DNA from: an uncultured Gammaproteobacteria bacterium
GTDB lineage: Bacteria > Patescibacteriota > Patescibacteriia > Patescibacteriales > GWE2-39-37
Assembly (NCBI GenBank): GCA_964443495.1
Contig: CAYUCS010000001.1
Span: 277,496-341,495, forward strand
Length of the DNA stretch: 64,000 bases
Direction of reading: 5' to 3'
Shown: positions 54,065 to 62,628 of the stretch, in pieces
Layout of the letters: each line of letters opens with the position of its first letter
How positions within the stretch are numbered: the first letter of the stretch is position 1
Translations under genes and position numbers: made by a program
Notes under the pieces: model-generated
Told to the model about the DNA's origin: nothing
What the model saw: the letters and a program-made list of their open reading frames with translations, nothing else
Databases searched by the model: none

Positions 54065-55732
54065 ATGGTGGTCAAAAAAACCGAAGAGACCAAAGCGCGC
54101 CCTAAGACTCGCAAGCGGATCGCTGTGAAAAAAGTCAAAACCGCCCACAAGTCTGCCAGTTTGCGTTCCAAAATAAAGCCGGAAGCGGAAGAAAATGAAG
54201 TGGTTGTTACTCCAAGGGAGGAAGTAGCAATCGATACTCAAGAAATCAAGGCTGAGCCAGTCCCATCACCCGCTGTCATTCCGTCCGTGGCGCCTGTTGA
54301 GGCTGCCAAGCCGGCTGCAACAACCGATCCAGCAGGCAAGCACGTGATTCCTTTGGTTCGAAGCCCTCACCAGCCAGGAGTTACCGCTGAAATCGCACCA
54401 GCTACTCTGGCGGAAAAGCAGAGCGTCATCAGGTCATATCTTTCAGGTATTGACCATACGGAAAACCAGCAGGCTGATTATGGCCCTAAGCCTGCCGGCC
54501 CTGCCAAGCCCCAGGGTTTCGAGCAGGCGCTGGAGCAGCGTCCCAAATTCGACCCGCTACGAGCTGTTAATTCCAGGGAGGTGCCCGCAATGGCGAAGCA
54601 AAGCACCAACGGAGGCCATTCGATACCGCTTTATCGCAAGATATCTTATAGCTTCGGTTTTTTGGTGGTAATATTTTTGGGGATTCTGGGATACAGCTTC
54701 GTCGGCAAGCTTGAAGTCAAGGTAACGCCCAAGCAGGAGAAAGTCACCAGCAACCTGGTGGCCGATATCTACAACGGCGATGCCGCGGTCAAGGATAGCG
54801 GAGTGGCAGGATTGGTTCGCCAAGCCGGCATCGAGCAGTCAAAGGAGTTTGAGACTACAGGCAAGCTCGTCAGCGGCGAAGAGCTGATCGGAACGGCCAC
54901 GATCGTCAACAATTACAACAAAAGCCAGTCATTGGTCGCGACTACACGGTTGCTTTCAGCCGATGGCAAGCTTTATCGGATAAAGGATACGGTGACTGTG
55001 CCGGCTAGCGGCTCCATTGAGGTCACGATTTATGCCGATGAGCAGAAGGCCGAAAATGTGGTTCAACCGACTAAATTCACCATCCCGGGACTTTGGGCCG
55101 GCCTTCAGGACAAGATATATGCTGAAACTAAAACGGCGACAGTTTATCAGGAGAAGGCCACCAAGATAGTCGATCAGGCCGATATCGACAAAGCAGTCGA
55201 AGAACTGAAGCTTACTTTGGCCAAGCAGGCCGAAAACCAGCTTTCTCCAGACGAGAAGAATAAATTCAATCAATTCCTGTATAAGCTTGATGACAGCTCG
55301 ATTACCTATGAGTCGGACGGCAAGGCCGGCGAGGAGAAAGAAAGAATCAATGTAACTGTCAAAGGCATCGTTTCGATCGTCGCCTTCAGCGACGATAAGA
55401 TCAAGCAGCTTGCAAAGGATAAGCTCGGCGCCTATTTGGGGGACAACAAGACCTTGGTCAACTTCGATGAGAACAAGTTGACTTACGGCCTATCTAGCGT
55501 CGATGTGAAACAGAACATCGCAAGCATCAACGTCGCATTCGAAGGAGATGTCATTACCAAGAATGACGCCGTTATCGACAAGACAAAGCTGGTGGGCTTG
55601 ACTAAGGCCCAACTGGAGAGTTACCTTGGCAGCTTGCCAGAGGTTGAGAAATATGAGATCAAGTTCAGCCCGAGCTTCATTAATAAGGCTCCGATCACAG
55701 ACAAGCGGATCACGGTTGAAGTTGCACGTTAG
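54065..55732 (+). CDS. Hypothetical bitopic membrane protein (basic/Pro-rich N-terminal half, one TM, ~340-aa extracytoplasmic beta-rich half)
   Basis: TM: YSFGFLVVIFLGILGYSFV. The possible extended -10 TGgTATAGT is at 54018-54026. No domain was recognised. Confidence 0.55.
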   Translation: MVVKKTEETKARPKTRKRIAVKKVKTAHKSASLRSKIKPEAEENEVVVTPREEVAIDTQEIKAEPVPSPAVIPSVAPVEAAKPAATTDPAGKHVIPLVRSPHQPGVTAEIAPATLAEKQSVIRSYLSGIDHTENQQADYGPKPAGPAKPQGFEQALEQRPKFDPLRAVNSREVPAMAKQSTNGGHSIPLYRKISYSFGFLVVIFLGILGYSFVGKLEVKVTPKQEKVTSNLVADIYNGDAAVKDSGVAGLVRQAGIEQSKEFETTGKLVSGEELIGTATIVNNYNKSQSLVATTRLLSADGKLYRIKDTVTVPASGSIEVTIYADEQKAENVVQPTKFTIPGLWAGLQDKIYAETKTATVYQEKATKIVDQADIDKAVEELKLTLAKQAENQLSPDEKNKFNQFLYKLDDSSITYESDGKAGEEKERINVTVKGIVSIVAFSDDKIKQLAKDKLGAYLGDNKTLVNFDENKLTYGLSSVDVKQNIASINVAFEGDVITKNDAVIDKTKLVGLTKAQLESYLGSLPEVEKYEIKFSPSFINKAPITDKRITVEVAR

Positions 55733-55739
55733 ATATTGC

Positions 55740-55767
55740 TTGACTAGACGTGTTTTTGTGATAAAAT
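55740..55767 (+). promoter_or_regulatory. Promoter of the thrS leader (extended -10)
   Basis: TTGACT (55740-55745), 16-nt spacer, TGaTAAAAT (55759-55767). Confidence 0.6.
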
Positions 55768-55774
55768 AGAAAGA

Positions 55775-55980
55775 CTTGAAAGCGGTGATTGATCTGCCCA
55801 CCAAACAGATTGTAGCTAATATTAGCTATATTTTAATTAACTAAGCCGATTTCGAGTATAAAAAGCGCTTGTTTGTTTTGGGCGGATTGCCCAGGGCGGA
55901 CAAGAAATCAGGTGGAACCGCGAGAGGAATCTCGTCCTGATAGTCTGACTTTGTTGGGCTATAAGGACGAGATTTTTTTT
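55775..55980 (+). promoter_or_regulatory. T-box riboswitch leader (transcription attenuation type) controlling thrS
   Basis: T-box sequence AAAUCAGGUGGAACCGCG at 55905-55922. The antiterminator is AUCAG[GUGGAAC]CGCGAGA-GGAA-UCUCG..CUGAU. The mutually exclusive terminator pairs tctcgtcctgatag (55930-55943) with ctataaggacgaga (55959-55972), followed by T8 (55973-55980). The candidate Thr specifier ACC is at 55800-55802. Confidence 0.8.
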
Positions 55981-56003
55981 AATTATTATTAATTACAAAT
56001 ATT

Positions 56004-57818
56004 ATGTCAGAGCAAAATTTAGAAATGTTGCGGCACTCCTTGGCCCATGTGCTGGCTGCCGCCGTCAAGGAGCTTTATCCCGAGGTCAAGCTGGCTATCG
56101 GCCCGGCCATCGAGAATGGATTTTATTATGATATCGATTTTGGCGAAACAAAGATCAGCGACACGGATTTTCCGGCTATCGAAAAAAAGATGGCGTATTT
56201 GATGAAGCAGAATCTCAGATTCGAACGTTCGGAGTTCCCGATTGACGAAGCGACTGCCAAGGCTAAGGCCGAGGACCAGCCGTATAAGCAGGAATTGATC
56301 GAAGATTTGAAGGCCGGCGGTGAAGCTAGCGTCAGCTTTTACGCCTTGAAGCAGGGAGACAGGGTTCTCTTTGAGGATCTTTGCAAGGGGCCGCACATCG
56401 AAAACACCAACAAGGTCAAGGCTGGCAGCTTCAAACTGACCAAGCTGGCCGGCGCTTACTGGCGCGGCGACGAGAAGAACCGGATGCTTACCCGAATTTA
56501 TGCTGTCGCCTTCGCGACCAAGGAAGAGCTGGATGAGTATTTGCGCTTATTGGAAGAAGCGGAGAAGCGAGACCATCGCAAGGTCGGCCGCGAACTGGAC
56601 CTGTATCATATCGATGACGTGGTCGGCATGGGCCTGCCCTTGTGGCACCCGAAGGGGGCGATGCTGTGGCGGTTGATCGAGGATTTCTGGTACCAGGAGC
56701 ATTTGAAGAATGGCTACGAACTGGTGCGGACTCCGCACGTCGGCAACAAATCATTATGGGAACAGTCAGGCCATTGGGGTTTCTATAATGAAAGCATGTA
56801 TCCGCCGCTGGAAGTGGGACAGACTTTGAAGGAAAGCCAGGACAAGGAAAGCGTCAAGGAATCGGAACAATACCTTTTGAAGCCGATGAATTGTCCTTTT
56901 CATATCCGCATTTACAAGAATCAACCTCACTCCTATCGTGAGCTTCCGTTCCGCTGGGCGGAATGCGGCACGGTCTATCGTTACGAAAAGAAAGGCCAGC
57001 TGTCCGGCCTGACCCGCGTCCGCGGCTTCACCCAGGATGATGCCCACATCATCTGCCGCACTGATCAAGTCGAGGAAGAATTGGAGCAAGTCGTCGATTT
57101 CATTTTGTTCATCTATAAGTCATTCGGCTTCAGGATCGAAGATATCAACGTCTATCTTTCGGTGCGCGATCCGGAAAACGATAAGTATGCCGGCACCGAT
57201 GAAGGCTGGGCTCTGACAGAGTCCGTCTTGGAAAAAGTCGCTCGGAAGAAGCAGCTGAATATCAGCAAGGATGTCGGCGGCGCCGTCTTTTACGGTCCGA
57301 AATTGGACTTCAAAATCAAGGACGCCTTGGGCCGCGAGTGGCAGTGCTCGACCCTGCAGTTCGACTTCAATCTGCCGGAACGCTTCGATATGACTTTCGT
57401 CAATAACAAAGGCGAACAGGAGCGTCCCTACATGCTGCATCGCGCGTTATTCGGTTCCTATGAACGATTTATCGGACTATTGATAGAGCATTACGCCGGC
57501 GCTTTTCCGGTCTGGCTGTCGCCGGTCCAGGTCAAGCTTGTTTCCGTCGGCGAGAGCCATATCGATCATTGCTATGCTTTGGCCAAGGAGTTGCGGCAGT
57601 CCGGCATCAGAGTGGAAATCGATGATTCCAGCGAAACCGTCGGCAACAAGACGCGCAAAGCCGTTGCCGAAAAAGTTCCGTACATATTGGTTATCGGTGA
57701 CCAGGAAATGGCTTCGGATAAATTAGCCATACGTGACCGCGGTTCCCGTGAGACCAGGGAATTGAGCAAGGCTGAATTCATCGCTGAAGTTCAGGGCAAA
57801 ATGACGAATCGTGATTAA
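56004..57818 (+). CDS. thrS: Threonine--tRNA ligase (no N-terminal TGS domain)
   Basis: Starts at the editing-domain motif LRHSLAHVLAAAVKELYP...AIGPAIENGFYYDIDF, then ...HRKVGRELDL...; class II motifs and an anticodon-binding C-terminus. Confidence 0.93.
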   Translation: MSEQNLEMLRHSLAHVLAAAVKELYPEVKLAIGPAIENGFYYDIDFGETKISDTDFPAIEKKMAYLMKQNLRFERSEFPIDEATAKAKAEDQPYKQELIEDLKAGGEASVSFYALKQGDRVLFEDLCKGPHIENTNKVKAGSFKLTKLAGAYWRGDEKNRMLTRIYAVAFATKEELDEYLRLLEEAEKRDHRKVGRELDLYHIDDVVGMGLPLWHPKGAMLWRLIEDFWYQEHLKNGYELVRTPHVGNKSLWEQSGHWGFYNESMYPPLEVGQTLKESQDKESVKESEQYLLKPMNCPFHIRIYKNQPHSYRELPFRWAECGTVYRYEKKGQLSGLTRVRGFTQDDAHIICRTDQVEEELEQVVDFILFIYKSFGFRIEDINVYLSVRDPENDKYAGTDEGWALTESVLEKVARKKQLNISKDVGGAVFYGPKLDFKIKDALGREWQCSTLQFDFNLPERFDMTFVNNKGEQERPYMLHRALFGSYERFIGLLIEHYAGAFPVWLSPVQVKLVSVGESHIDHCYALAKELRQSGIRVEIDDSSETVGNKTRKAVAEKVPYILVIGDQEMASDKLAIRDRGSRETRELSKAEFIAEVQGKMTNRD

Positions 57819-57843
57819 TCAGTATGAGCTGTTAGAAATAATC

Positions 57844-59145
57844 ATGCCGAATAAAAAAACATACCACATCATTACCATTGGCTGCCAGATGAATAAGTCT
57901 GACTCCGAACGCATGGCCAGCTTCTTGGACGATCTGGGCTATACCGAGGTTTCTGAGCGCAAGCAGGCTGACTTAGTCGTCATAAACACCTGCGGCGTCA
58001 GGCAATCAGCTGAAGACCGTATCTATGGGCTGATTCCGCGCATCAAGAAAGAGCGGGAAGGCGTCAAGGTGGTCATAACGGGCTGCCTATCCGGCCGGCC
58101 TGACGTTCAAAAGCGCCTCGAGGGCGTGGTTGATTTCTGGCTGCCGATCAAGGATTTGGTCAAGATGGCCGACTTTCTGCGCGAAGCACATGAGCTTAAA
58201 CAGGGGGCAGGCGATTATTTGAAAATAATTCCTAAGTATCATTCAGGAATTTCCGCTTTCGTGCCGATCGGCAACGGTTGCGATAATTTCTGTACTTATT
58301 GCGTCGTGCCTTATGCTCGCGGACGTGAAGTCTATCGTCCCGCCGAAGAGATTCTTGACGAAGTTCGCGGCTTGATCAGGCAGGGCTTCAAGGAGATCGT
58401 GTTGATTGCCCAGAATGTCAATTCATACAAATCTGATGACGAGGAAGGGATAGGCTTCGGCGAGTTGTTGCGGCGTGTCAACGGCATTCCTGGCAAATTC
58501 TGGATCCGTTTCTGGACTAGCCATCCCAAGGATATGTCGGATGACTTGATTTCGGCGATGGCTGACTGCTCCAAGGTCTGCCACTTCCTCCATTTGCCGG
58601 TGCAAGCGGGTAATGATGAGGTTTTAGCGAGAATGAATAGGAAATACACCAATGCCCATTATCGCAAGCTCATAGGCAAGATCAGGTCCGCCATGCCGGA
58701 TATCAGCATTTCTACCGATATCATCGTCGGATTTCCCGGGGAGACCGAAAAGCAATTCCAGGATACGGCTGACCTGGCTCGCTGGTCACGTTTCGATAAT
58801 ATCTATATCGGGCAGTACAGTCCGCGGCCGTACACCGCGGCAGCCAAGCTGGAAGACGACGTTTCTAAAGAGGAGAAGAAAAGGCGCGAAGATGTCCTGA
58901 CTGATATCTTGCGAGAGACGGCTGCTGAAAATCACAGCCAGCTCATCGGCCAGGTGCTCGAAGTGCTGGTCGAAAGCGAAAAAAAAGGCGCCGTTTTCGG
59001 CCGCAGCAGCGACAACACGGCAGTCAAAATTATTGGCGGCGGGCCGAAGCTGGTAGGGAAGTTCGTCAGGGTCGTAATCGAAGCGGCCCGCGACTTCGGC
59101 ATGGACGGAAAATATCTTCAAGACCCGATAACTCGAGTGAGCTGA
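57844..59145 (+). CDS. miaB: tRNA-2-methylthio-N6-dimethylallyladenosine synthase (radical SAM methylthiotransferase)
   Basis: I prefer the ATG at 57844. ITIGCQMNKSDSE, radical-SAM cluster GCDNFCTYCVVPYARG, C-terminal TRAM-like region. Confidence 0.88.
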   Translation: MPNKKTYHIITIGCQMNKSDSERMASFLDDLGYTEVSERKQADLVVINTCGVRQSAEDRIYGLIPRIKKEREGVKVVITGCLSGRPDVQKRLEGVVDFWLPIKDLVKMADFLREAHELKQGAGDYLKIIPKYHSGISAFVPIGNGCDNFCTYCVVPYARGREVYRPAEEILDEVRGLIRQGFKEIVLIAQNVNSYKSDDEEGIGFGELLRRVNGIPGKFWIRFWTSHPKDMSDDLISAMADCSKVCHFLHLPVQAGNDEVLARMNRKYTNAHYRKLIGKIRSAMPDISISTDIIVGFPGETEKQFQDTADLARWSRFDNIYIGQYSPRPYTAAAKLEDDVSKEEKKRREDVLTDILRETAAENHSQLIGQVLEVLVESEKKGAVFGRSSDNTAVKIIGGGPKLVGKFVRVVIEAARDFGMDGKYLQDPITRVS

Positions 59146-59155
59146 AACAATCGCA

Positions 59156-60091
59156 ATGATCGAACGACATGAAAAAAAATTGATCGTCATTCTCGGACCG
59201 ACCGCCTCCGGCAAGACTAGGCTGGCGGTAGAGCTGGCGCGTAAGTTTGATGGCGAGATCGTTTCGGCTGATTCGCGGCAGGTTTATCGCGGCATGGATG
59301 TCGGCACCGGCAAAGACCTGGACGAATATGGCGAGGTGAAATATCATCTCATAGACGTGGCCGACCCGAAAGATTCTTTCAGTCTGGCCCAATATAAGAA
59401 AATGGCCGAAGGCGCTATCGATGATATCATAGGCAGGGGAAAAGTCCCTTTTTTGGTCGGCGGATCAGGCCTTTATTTGCAGGCGGTCGTCGATAATTAC
59501 GGCTTGTCAGAAATCGGTGAAAACAAGGAGCTGCGCCAAGCTCTCGAGGACCTTGATGCCGGCGCTTTGCTTGAAAGGCTGCGCGGCATAAGTCCGTCGT
59601 TCGCAGCCAGGGTCAATCAAAGCGACAGCAAGAACAAGCGTCGCCTTATCAGGTATATCGAGCTCCAATCATCCGGAGGCAAGCCTGATTTTAAGAATGC
59701 CCAAGCTGAGAAATACCGCAGTTTGGTCTTAGGGCTGTATCCTGGCAAGGAGGCGATTGATGGGAATATACATAAGCGGCTTATCGATAGGCTAGAGAAC
59801 GAAGACATGGTGTCAGAAGTCGACCGGCTGCATGCGCAGGGGGTGTCGTGGGACAGGTTGCGTGATTTCGGATTGGAATATCGTTTCGTTTCCGAATATC
59901 TTCAGGAGCGGACGGATTATGATACGATGGTTGAGCGGTTGGATGCGGCCACTCGGCAATTCGCCAAAAAACAGATGACTTGGTTTCGTCGCTGGGAAAA
60001 GCAAGGTAGGGGAATAGACTGGCTGGAAGGCGATTTGTCCGCCGAAGCTAGCCGTCTTATCAGCCGATTTTTGCCGGATAGCGGCAATTGA
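59156..60091 (+). CDS. miaA: tRNA dimethylallyltransferase
   Basis: P-loop VILGPTASGKT...IVSADSRQVYRGMDVGTGK.... Confidence 0.9.
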   Translation: MIERHEKKLIVILGPTASGKTRLAVELARKFDGEIVSADSRQVYRGMDVGTGKDLDEYGEVKYHLIDVADPKDSFSLAQYKKMAEGAIDDIIGRGKVPFLVGGSGLYLQAVVDNYGLSEIGENKELRQALEDLDAGALLERLRGISPSFAARVNQSDSKNKRRLIRYIELQSSGGKPDFKNAQAEKYRSLVLGLYPGKEAIDGNIHKRLIDRLENEDMVSEVDRLHAQGVSWDRLRDFGLEYRFVSEYLQERTDYDTMVERLDAATRQFAKKQMTWFRRWEKQGRGIDWLEGDLSAEASRLISRFLPDSGN

Positions 60092-60131
60092 CAATCAGCG
60101 GTAATAATGCCAATATTTAGTATTGAGATCA

Positions 60132-60156
60132 GAGGGGGGGGCTCCCCCCGCTTTTT
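60132..60156 (+). terminator. G/C-run hairpin terminator after miaA
   Basis: gagggggggg-ct-ccccccgc followed by TTTTT. Confidence 0.6.
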
Positions 60157-60194
60157 ACCTATAACGCACCTTTAACAGAAAGGAGGAATCTGCC

Positions 60195-60560
60195 ATGAAC
60201 GAGGCCTTGAGGGTCAAGACGATCGGGCGCAGCCGCCCGGACTATTTTTTCATCCACGCTTATTGGCATCCTGGGCATATCGAAGTCACATTCAGGGAAC
60301 CGGTCGACCTGGCGGCGATGAGAAGAGAATATCTCATCAAGGCTTTCCATCCTGCTACCGAGGACAAGCCTTTGTTCAATTATCCCTTGAACAGCCTGGA
60401 ATTGAACGATTCCGAAGGAAACGTCATCAGGCCAGGCGATGAAGCGCGCGGCTGCTACCTGACGATCAACCTGCCTCAGCCAGTGCTTGAGAAGGGTTTG
60501 GTAGTCAGGATCTATCGTGTCCGGCGCGAAGTCGTTTTCGGCAAGGAAATGAACCTATAA
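60195..60560 (+). CDS. Hypothetical protein (121 aa)
   Basis: Strong RBS AAAGGAGGA 7 nt upstream, and its own terminator downstream. No motif was recognised. Confidence 0.55.
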   Translation: MNEALRVKTIGRSRPDYFFIHAYWHPGHIEVTFREPVDLAAMRREYLIKAFHPATEDKPLFNYPLNSLELNDSEGNVIRPGDEARGCYLTINLPQPVLEKGLVVRIYRVRREVVFGKEMNL

Positions 60561-60596
60561 AAAAGGACGATTAATCAAGACCGTCCTATTTTTTAT
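60560..60596. terminator. Bidirectional terminator between convergent genes
   Basis: aaaaaggacg-(12-nt loop)-cgtcctatttttt. Confidence 0.6.
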
Positions 60597-60608
60597 GAAG
60601 ATGGAAAC

Positions 60609-61013
60609 CTAGGCTCTGTCTAGATCGCTTAACACCATGGCGGCGTTTTCGAGAGCTTCTTTGTAGTTGTTGTCACCCTTTACTCCGGCAATCTCAGAAT
60701 CGATCTGTGCGGCGTATTTATCTTTGATTTCCTGCCTTTTTGCTTGATCGCCGCCGGCTTTGTCCAGTTCGGCAAAGCACAGTTTGAGGGCATCATTGAT
60801 GTTGGTGATAATTCTCAAATTGTCAGCCTTGAAGTCTTCTGGCTTGGCGGGGCCGATGCCGCTCACTACCTTGTCGATTTCTTTATCGATCTGCGCTTCC
60901 TCTAGCCTGTCATTGGCTATCTTGACCTGTTCTGGCGTGAGGTCGGCTGCCGGTTTACCGTCAGGGCCGGTAGTTTCCATCGGAGAAACTTTCGCTTTGA
61001 ATGGATTCCACAT
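60609..61013 (-). CDS. Hypothetical acidic protein (134 aa) directly downstream of gatB
   Basis: There is a 9-nt gap after the gatB stop on the same strand. No motif was recognised. Confidence 0.5.
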   Translation of the reverse strand: MWNPFKAKVSPMETTGPDGKPAADLTPEQVKIANDRLEEAQIDKEIDKVVSGIGPAKPEDFKADNLRIITNINDALKLCFAELDKAGGDQAKRQEIKDKYAAQIDSEIAGVKGDNNYKEALENAAMVLSDLDRA

Positions 61014-61022
61014 AGTTTTTGA

Positions 61023-62534
61023 TTAGTGGCTTAGTATGTTTTTGAATAAATCCTGAAGCTTGGGCGGATTGCCCTTGCCCTTGGTCGCAGCCATGGCTTG
61101 CCCGACAAAGAATTGGAGCAGCTGTTCCTTGCCGGCACGGTATTGTTCGGCCTGCGAAGGGAATTTGGCGACTATTTCCCGGGCAATCTGTTGCAGATGC
61201 TCATCGTCGTCCATCTGCTCAAGCCCGAGCTCCTTCATGATGTCTTCGGGGTCGCCGCCATTCTGGTACATGTGTTCGAGGATTTTCTGGCCGGCCGAAG
61301 AATTGATCTTATTCTCAAAAAGCAGAGCGATCAGTTCGCCGAAATTTTCAGCCGTGATGTGCAGGTCCTTGATGGAAATGCCGTCGTTTTTCAGATGCTT
61401 GAACAGCTCGCTGACCAGCCAGTTCGAGGTCAGCTTGGCTAAGCGGTCCTTTTGCTCTTGCATCGAAGCGCCGTCGGCGATCAGGCGGGCATGGAGTTCG
61501 GAGATCACGTTCTCGGTGTAATCGGCCAACGCCTTATCTTGGGTCAGGATATCGGCATCGATGGCTGAAAGGTTGTATTCTTCCTGGAAGCGCTTGTTTT
61601 TAGATTGAGGCATTTCGACCAGGCCGTGCCTTATCTCTCTGATTAAGTCATCAGAGATGCGCAATGGCGGCAGGTCAGGATCGGGAAAATAGCGGTAATC
61701 GGCGGATGTTTCCTTGACGCGCTGCCTGATGGTCTGCTGCTTGTCTTCGTTCCAGCCGCGCGTTTCCTGGACCAGTTTTTCCCCATCTTCAAGAGCTTGG
61801 AGTTGCCGTCCAACCTCGTATTCGATCGCTTTTTCGACCGCCTTGAAAGAATTTATATTCTTCAATTCGACTTTAGGGTTCAATTTGTAGTCGCCGACCG
61901 GCTTTATCAACCCGTCTTCGTAAAGCCACTTGCCCTTTTCCTGGATGCTGACATTAGCCTCGCAACGCATCTCGCCTTTTTCCATGTCGGCATTGGAGAT
62001 GTCGAGATAGCGCAAGACCTGCTGGTAGTTCTGGCAGAATTTTTTCGCTGTTGCCGCATCGTGGATTACCGGTTCGGTCACCATTTCCATCAGCGGGGTG
62101 CCGGCGCGGTTGTAATCGACCAGCGAGAAGCTCTTGCCGGCAGGATGGGATAGCTTGCCAGTATCTTCTTCCAGGTGGATCCTGGTGATGTCGATTTTCT
62201 TGCCGTCGACCTCGAGGTAGCCGCCGTAAACGAAGGGCAGATCGAATTGCGAAACCTGATAGCCCTTGGGCAGGTCGGGATAGAAATAGTTTTTGCGGTC
62301 AAATTTGGAAAGCTGATGCACTCGGCAGTGCAACGCTTGTCCGACCAGTATGGTCCACTCGATCGCTTGCTTGTTGGCAACCGGAAGAGTGCCTGGGTGG
62401 CCGAGGCAGATAGGACAGACGTTGGTATTCGGGGCCTTGCCGATCGAATCATTGTCGCAGCGACAAAACATCTTCGACCTGGTTTTTAGCTCGGCGTGAA
62501 TTTCTAGGCCGATGATTATATCGAATTTATCCAT
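61023..62534 (-). CDS. gatB: Asp/Glu-tRNA(Asn/Gln) amidotransferase subunit B
   Basis: IGLEIHAELKT.SKMFC.C...NTNVCPICLGHPGTLP...NRAGTPLMEMVTEP...; C-terminal GatB/YqeY domain. Confidence 0.92.
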   Translation of the reverse strand: MDKFDIIIGLEIHAELKTRSKMFCRCDNDSIGKAPNTNVCPICLGHPGTLPVANKQAIEWTILVGQALHCRVHQLSKFDRKNYFYPDLPKGYQVSQFDLPFVYGGYLEVDGKKIDITRIHLEEDTGKLSHPAGKSFSLVDYNRAGTPLMEMVTEPVIHDAATAKKFCQNYQQVLRYLDISNADMEKGEMRCEANVSIQEKGKWLYEDGLIKPVGDYKLNPKVELKNINSFKAVEKAIEYEVGRQLQALEDGEKLVQETRGWNEDKQQTIRQRVKETSADYRYFPDPDLPPLRISDDLIREIRHGLVEMPQSKNKRFQEEYNLSAIDADILTQDKALADYTENVISELHARLIADGASMQEQKDRLAKLTSNWLVSELFKHLKNDGISIKDLHITAENFGELIALLFENKINSSAGQKILEHMYQNGGDPEDIMKELGLEQMDDDEHLQQIAREIVAKFPSQAEQYRAGKEQLLQFFVGQAMAATKGKGNPPKLQDLFKNILSH

Positions 62535-62628
62535 AGAGAAAAAAATGAAATTATATCTTAATATTAGCTAAAAAAAGCAAAAAAATCAAGGTACCTTCAT
62601 GACCTTTTTTTGCCTAATATTAAATGAA

